A stretch of DNA of 64,000 nt from Trichoplax adhaerens (lineage: Eukaryota > Animalia > Placozoa). The position numbers and the translations under genes are program-made. The notes under the pieces were generated by a model, which made no database searches, was not told where the DNA came from, and saw only the letters and a program-made list of their open reading frames with translations. The stretch's first letter is position 1, and each line of letters opens with the position of its first letter. The DNA lies in the NCBI RefSeq assembly GCF_000150275.1, contig NW_002060947.1, positions 1,171,199 to 1,235,198 of the forward strand, written 5' to 3'. Below are positions 49,823 through 64,000 of this stretch, piece after piece.

Positions 49823-52800
49823 CCCTTGCGCGCGCGCACAACTGGCGATTCTCCATCATGCGCAATACTATACCACGGACTACTGCCTTAGTGCACTACC
49901 ACAGTATACCTGCAGTATCTTAGTACAGTACAGTCCAAGCTCAGTACTGCACACTGTACCATGTTGTTATTCAATACTCAGGGTAAGTTGCTTAAACGAT
50001 AATGCACTCTCGCAGTCTATTTATTACTCCAATTTTATGCCTGTAATATCGTTTCCACAGTAATTTTAGTCCACAGAGGAATCCAGTACTATAAAAGCTT
50101 TTTATTACAAGGTTCTAAAGAATAGTACAGCAATAATTAATTACTCACAAGAATCTAGTCTAAAGTAATCTGAGCTCAATTAGATATCAAATCTTTTCTC
50201 CCCTCCTTACGCTCAGATTTGTACACCTTATATACTTTTCTCTGAATCTATTTAAGGCAATAACATCGTCTACAATCAGACATGAATCATCACTACATTT
50301 TACAGTATTAATCAAACTGCTTACAATATTATTACTTTACCATTAATGTCCAACACCGTAAGGTATTGGGCATCTTTACAATCTTAGTATTTCAAGTCGT
50401 ATAACGTCCTGTACCATAATTAGTTAACAGCTATATTAGTGAATAACACTTTCTAATATAGTAGTTACCAGTCACCTAAATCTAGCAGCACAAGAATATC
50501 TATTTTTAGAAACTTAACTATTCTAAATATAGTACGCAACACAATCAAATATAGCTATCGCTACAAGCAAATATAGGGTGCATCACTACAATGCCATTTT
50601 TCAAAGTGTAAGATGCTGCACTAACGTCATTAATTAAAGTCAGTACTGTATATGCCGTCTAAAAAAAATCTTCCTTCTACTAAGTATTGATAGGCAGAGG
50701 TGCAGCACACAGTACGCACGCGTATTCGTGCTCGATTTTGCACGGTACGGTCGTGTGTCAAAACTTTTGAATAACAGTACAGTACAGTATTGTACGGCAT
50801 AGTACTAAGTACTGTAGTCCAGGACGAAATGGACTGTACTAGACTGTACTGCAATCTGATTATTTTCGATGTTTTGCCTTCCTTAAAAAATGAAAGTTGT
50901 ATTCCGTTGAAATTCCTGTATAGTATTTAGGGGAAATTAATATAACGCCACCCCAATTTTCCCTAAATATTTCTATATACCCGTAGAAGGATATCTCCGA
51001 AGATAGATTATCATGATAACATGAACGTACTATGTCAATAGATAGTAATAAAAATCGTTTTAATGGCGGACCGTTATTTATAGTGAGGCATGTATGTGTA
51101 TTTCTTGTTCTGCGCTCTGTACTGAACATTGTACAACTAAATTTCTTACTAATCAACTAGTCGATCCCATCCCTCTTGGCCTTTCAAGCACGTAATACGA
51201 ACTACCTATTACTAATATTGAATCACAGCACTGCACAGCTGGGAAACTGCACTATAGGAGTAAAAACAACTTAAATACAAGGAATTGGTAATAAGTTTAA
51301 TTGCCATGATTTGGTTTGAGGTCTTAACTTAGAAAATAAATAAGATCGTACAAAAAATACTATAGCAAAATACTGTACAGTAAAACATACGATGATGATA
51401 ATAGAATGTGAATAGGAATGTTCAAACGACTGTATGCTTTTCACTTAGATAGTGGCAGAATGCGCTTTACAATGCATCTTACAATCCACGATGCTGCTAT
51501 TTATACCTGTAGCTACTTCTTTTACCTTCGATCTATTCAAAGCTACTGTATGTCTTTTTTACACTAAGTATGCTCAGCATGAAGTAACTGTAAGAACGCA
51601 AAGTGCAAGGTACGCCAAGTAGAACAAGCAAGGGATCCACTTGGCATAGAATGAAGATGATACCTGATACCATTTTGGCTAGTCAGTGTTTACAGCACCA
51701 TAAATTATCAAGTCTGAGTGTACCATCTGTGCTATATATAAAACTATCACCGACCACAAGATACGACAGTAGTTCATGTCACAGAATAGCCTATGACACA
51801 GGACCTACTGTATAGCATAGGCTATGAGGCTGCCAAATATTTCCCAGCTAATGGACTTTAAACTCTGACTGTAAATAAATATGTAAGATTGTAAACGTTG
51901 CAGGTTTACTGGATAGAAAGTTGTTTACTGTTAACAAATACGTACATTCAGTAAAGGACTTATACCCGCTAGAGACACATAAATTGCAACAATACTGAGG
52001 TCAAATAATTACTTTAGACAAAGATAAGCAGAATAATATGACAGTATTTTGATATTCCAGCAATAGTTTGCTAACGAGTTGGCATCATTAGCATCGACAG
52101 TGCCGTTCATTTATAGATGTAATTCTTTACGTAAGATCATAATCTTTGGCCATGATATCCGAGATGAAGGTATATTATACGTACATGGCTTAAGTTGACT
52201 TTTACTTTCCGTGTCGGTAGGCGACAGCTTGATATTTGTAGCGCTATTTGTACCATGCTACTAGTCAAAACAAAACGGAGATAGATAACAAAAGATCAGT
52301 AGATTTCAATATCTTAACTTTCACGATGTTCGCTGCAAAAGCACGACCAAAATAATAAAGTTCACTTATTTCTGTTGTATCGTTATATACGTGCACCTAC
52401 ACTCAAACAATTTTGACACTCTCTCAAGCTGCAGTACAACACGCTCTTAATTCCTATTCAGTTACTCTCATTTCCATCTAAATGCAATAATTTATATAAT
52501 ACCAACAGATCTGTCAGCTTTGGCTATAACTCATAAAGGCTCTGTATTACTGGTAGAAGCGATGCAAACTGAGGTATTCATTATTGTGATTTGTTCAGTC
52601 TGATCGGAGCAAGATGAACAGATATCTTAATTATTATCCCCTTTATGAACGATGTGTTTTGTATAGTTATTTGATAAAGTAAATTATAATTAAACATTAG
52701 TAAACTCCATAAACATGTTACAATAGGCACTAATATCCTACTTCATCAACTCATATTAATGACAATTCTACTTGATATGATAATTAAGAACCATTATAAT

Positions 52801-52916
52801 TACTATTAACTAACGATGACAAAACAAATAAAATTATTTGATCATTCCAAGGGCTGTTCATTTTTTCCACTGCGATATTGCAAATTCAATAACTAATAAC
52901 ATCGACGGGTTTAAGA

Positions 52917-55513
<2,597 letters not shown>

Positions 55514-57046
55514 TTGGTTGTTTAACTATTAATGATTTCGATTTCTTACCAAGAATAAGCCATGATAAAATAGACTGGTGCTGCAATTTTATATTGGTAG
55601 AATAGTATAATGTCGGCTATTATCGCAATCTAATAACGATTTCTTGACGTTGCATTGAACACCTAAATAGAGTTTCGTTTTTACGGTTTGTCTCGACATA
55701 AGTTTAACGCGAAATTTGAATTATCAGTACTAATCGAAAGAGATTAATCTGACATAAAAGTATTCATATCGATGAAATGGAGAATTTAGTTTCGACTGTG
55801 GCATTAGAATTTATTTTCCACTAGAGATCCATCCCAATTAACTTTCTTATAACGTAGACAATTTTCTGTATCCTTCAGTTCAACGATCACTTTTTATATC
55901 ATATATTTTATAATATAGTGCTATTACGACATAGTCTCTTATTCTATTAAATAATATAACAAATCACAGTATTCCTTGATTCTGATAGTATCGTTTCCAG
56001 TTAATTAGTGTAATAAAAGCTATTTAATAAATGTCCTTTGAGATCAATTGATGATAGTTGTATTGATACTTGGTGGTAGCATCTTTGTATGATAGCCACT
56101 ATTGATATTGGTTGATTAGACAATTATTAAAATAATAAATGTAGCGGTAAAAGTATAATTTGCAAGTATGGAAGCACATTATTAACGAAACTTATGATAA
56201 GCTGAGTCATAGACGACAACTGGTCTCAAACTTCTATGTAGTAATTTTTATTTTACTGCTACGAATTTTATTCTAATTACCCATCAGCATGGCACATTTT
56301 GTGCTTTGTATCGCAATTCGTGTTTTTACTGCTTGATCAATCGGACTGATCCTGACCGCTCCTCCGCATGCAAGTATGGCCACTTTACTTTTACTCTTAT
56401 AACAAATCTCGTACACTACTGTACTATGATAAGGGTGGTTTGCATGGGATAAAATCAACGAAAGCTTCTCTAAGTGCCTACATATACATGAAGATGATAC
56501 TCGATATGACAATTTAACTCAATTCTACAGTAAACGATGAGACTTTACCGAAGCGATCACCATTTCTATCGTTATTATGGTGAGTTACTCCAGTATGGAC
56601 TATGTACTAGATACCTCAAGAAGATCCGAATCATGAGAAGCTTCCATTTACCTTGAAGATGAATTTATCGTAACTATACAAGTCTCTTAATTATCAATTA
56701 CAGTATAACTACAGGCATAATGGTTAATTAGCAAGTCATTAAAAAATCAAATTGGTCCAAAATGATACAAAAGCACTATCCTCCACAAATATAGCATACA
56801 GTAGCGCAATGGAGATTTTGGGTAGAGGTATTGTACTCCATTGGAGGCAATGCATTGAACGTACACCTAACAATATGGATATTTCATACATAACAGTATA
56901 ATATGCAAATATCTATCATCCACTTCTAGAAAAGAAGCAACCATCAAAGTTGCTGTGTTGCTACCACTAATCGATTTGTAATCAAGAAGCTGTTGACAAT
57001 CTTTGGAAAGCAATCAACCATACAAGTACTGCTCGAAAAAAAAGCG

Positions 57047-59469
<2,423 letters not shown>

Positions 59470-60263
59470 TTTAATTCTTAGATATTCATGATATGTGTTT
59501 CATCTTCCAAAAAGATTTTAGCCGTAAAATCAACTGATATGGATTGATTACTTTTGCGTTGGTAGAAATCTTGCGTAGTTGAATAAGTTTAGTAGTACTA
59601 CTATTTTGATTTCAAACTAGTTGATGATGAAATTTTTATTTCGAATATATTTGGATTAGATTAATCCAAAGTCAAATATTAAACTATAGAAATGAATCAA
59701 TTTGTCTCTGCTGTATCATTCAAGTACTCTGACCTTCGATGTATCTGTCCTATTGCAATTTTGCGTATACGCGTGCAATTTCTTTAAACCTGACTGATTT
59801 TTCTGCGCCCTTCAGCTCAATCTACGATTTTAATTAGGTTAAGAGGAATACGTGTTCGATCTCGGCATCTAATAGTCTACTACTAGTGCATGCCGCTTAA
59901 ATTGTTACAATTTAATAGTGCGTTATTACTCAATGCTGAGAGCTAATGCCCATTCTCTTAGAAGAATTAGCCTTCATCGGGGCAAGGCAATAAAAATCAT
60001 GATAATCACGCTATTTACTACCTAATTAAGCAAATACGAGTTGTATATGCTGCTTGCAGCTATGAAAAATCTTATGGGGATTCGGTATCTTAACGTCTAT
60101 GTAAATTTATTTAATATTTTTTGGGTTTACTAACCACAATAACAAATCAAGTTTATGCCATTGGAATCGTACTTTAACGCTATTTTGCCTAAATTTTATC
60201 AAATTAGCTAGCCAAACTGTTGATTTTATATTGCCATGGGCTTCTAGACATCTCGATGTCCAA

Positions 60264-61020
60264 GACATTGCAGCACCTGCAAATTCAGGTGGATAGTTCA
60301 ATTTTTAAATACTGTGCTGTACGCAAAGGAAATTGGCCAGCAACCTGACTACAGATTGCAGTTTCAGTCCATTTTCAGTGTTACTCTAGACTCTAGTACA
60401 GCCATCAATAGGACAGATACATCATTGCAATTAGTGGCAAAAGAAAAGCTTTATTTTCATAACCACGAATCAGAACCCTATACAGTATAATCAAGATAGA
60501 CATCTATCGTACAACAGACGACAAAAGTACTACTGGATATAGACAGTTAATTTATAATCGAGAAACAGTCACTATTGGCTAGCTTCCAAAAGTCTACAAT
60601 CCTTGCTGTCAACGAAATAGATGATCGGAAATAGAGCTAAGCTATCCAATTCATGCCATTGCTGCACCAGCAAATTCTCCCGTCCAGTTAGTACTGCAAT
60701 CTTTAATACAGTACCTTACGGTATTGTACACCAAGGCCACCCAGCTACCGATTGGTGCCAACTACAGTAGCTGGTTACAGTCCATTTTCAGTACTATTCT
60801 ACTACAGATGTCGATAGAACAGCATCGAAATTAGCGACAACAGAAAAGCTTTAGTACCATAATCCTGAATCCAAATCCTATCCAATCGATACAGACATCT
60901 ACAGTATAAAAAGCAATAAAGCAATACTGGATACAGGCAGTCTATTTGTAATCGAGAAGCAGTTACTATTGGCTAAAGTCGAAAAGTCTACACTCATTAC
61001 TGTCAACGAAATAGCTGATT
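60264..61020 (+). repeat. Diverged tandem duplication (unit about 390 bp) of the upstream region of SDR copy 3
   Basis: Colinear blocks CATTGC.GCACC.GCAAATTC, CAGTCCATTTTCAGT, AGAAAAGCTTTA, AGACATCTA, TAATCGAGAA.CAGT.ACTATTGGCTA, AAAAGTCTACA and CTGTCAACGAAATAG at about 60264-60625 and 60655-61020. Confidence 0.8.
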
Positions 61021-61042
61021 CCATCAACAGAGGCAATCCACT

Positions 61043-63253
<2,211 letters not shown>

Positions 63254-63673
63254 TTTAACTCTTTTAGATTTTAATAGCGTCCATTTCTTATAGCAAGAAT
63301 TTATAGCAAAGTCGACTAACATCGGTTATTTTGCATTGGCAGAATAATTTTGAAAAACTAATATAGTAATCGAATCGGCAAGCTCCTGGTGCCGTATTGA
63401 ATTGCTTAAATTGTGCTTCCTCATTACTATTGCCTTTACTTCATGTTAGCTTAAATAAAATCCGTTTTTTTATTTTCAAGTTGTAATCCTAATTTCCATT
63501 GATATAACAAAACGACTTTCTACATCATCAAACTAAACGTCCGCTATTTACATTGGTAGTGCTTTTATTATTAATTATTAAACTTAAGCAATAAAAATAT
63601 TCCTTCAATGTAATATTTTTACACATCGTTTATACGTGTATATCATTTCGTAGTAATCAGGATTCACTACTTA

Positions 63674-64000
63674 TTAGTGCTCCATGAATCCAGTAATAGT
63701 AATTGCACTATTAGATGAATATTTTATAGGTATGTAGCCATCAGGCGTAGGTGAAACAATGCACCATTTATTGCCAATTAAGATCTCCATGTTAGTGATA
63801 CCAAAAGCTTTCTCTACAACTGCCACATTCAACATGCCATCATTGAGTAAAAAATTCTTGCTCACGTCATTCCCATTCGTCTGGAGTGTTACTTGTATCA
63901 CTAGCAAACACATGCATAATCAAGTATTAAAATCAAAAGGATAACAAGTCCATCTGTTGAAGAGTAAATAAATGTTAGTTACCTGACGCATTCAATTCTA
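63674..64000 (-). CDS. Last two exons of an unidentified protein-coding gene entering from the right edge
   Basis: Exon ending at 63983 (..ELNAS, donor GTAACT) splices in frame to the terminal exon 63900-63674 (VIQVTLQTNGNDVSKNFLLNDGMLNVAVVEKAFG...TGFMEH*). Confidence 0.55.

Noticed and set aside
50985-50995. U12-type 5' splice site look-alike ATATCCTTC on the minus strand
   Set aside because: No associated exon, branch site or AC acceptor found; no AT-AC intron was needed in any gene model here.
49815-51815. ORFs 49815, 50630, 50860 and 51603
   Set aside because: Composition driven by AGTAC/TACTG-rich promoter-like sequence; no protein motifs.

Overview
AT-rich, compact, intron-rich eukaryotic (animal) DNA. 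Short GT-AG introns, low GC, few repeats and a metazoan-type gene set suggest a non-bilaterian animal, most likely a placozoan such as Trichoplax (inference, not proven). In order: (1) the 5' part of a minus-strand surface-protein gene running off the left edge, with signal peptide - IgGFc-binding(FCGBP-N)-like domain - Ig - at least 5 FN3; (2) six intronless clan-3-type cytochrome P450 genes (9.1-27.6 kb); (3) an 8-exon 4CL/firefly-luciferase-like acyl-CoA ligase ending in a PTS1-like SKY, followed by a decayed fragment of a seventh P450, so the ligase sits inside the P450 array; (4) WBP4, whose start codon appears split across an intron inside a triplicated exon-intron module; (5) IFT88 (23 coding exons) with a near-consensus RFX X-box upstream; (6) three tandem 10-exon classical SDRs, one needing a GC-AG intron; (7) the 3' end of an unidentified gene. 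The best candidate for an undescribed system is the P450 array with its embedded adenylating enzyme and nearby SDR triplet, a possible animal lipid-modification or specialised-metabolite cluster. Exon structures were read by eye; no database searches were run.
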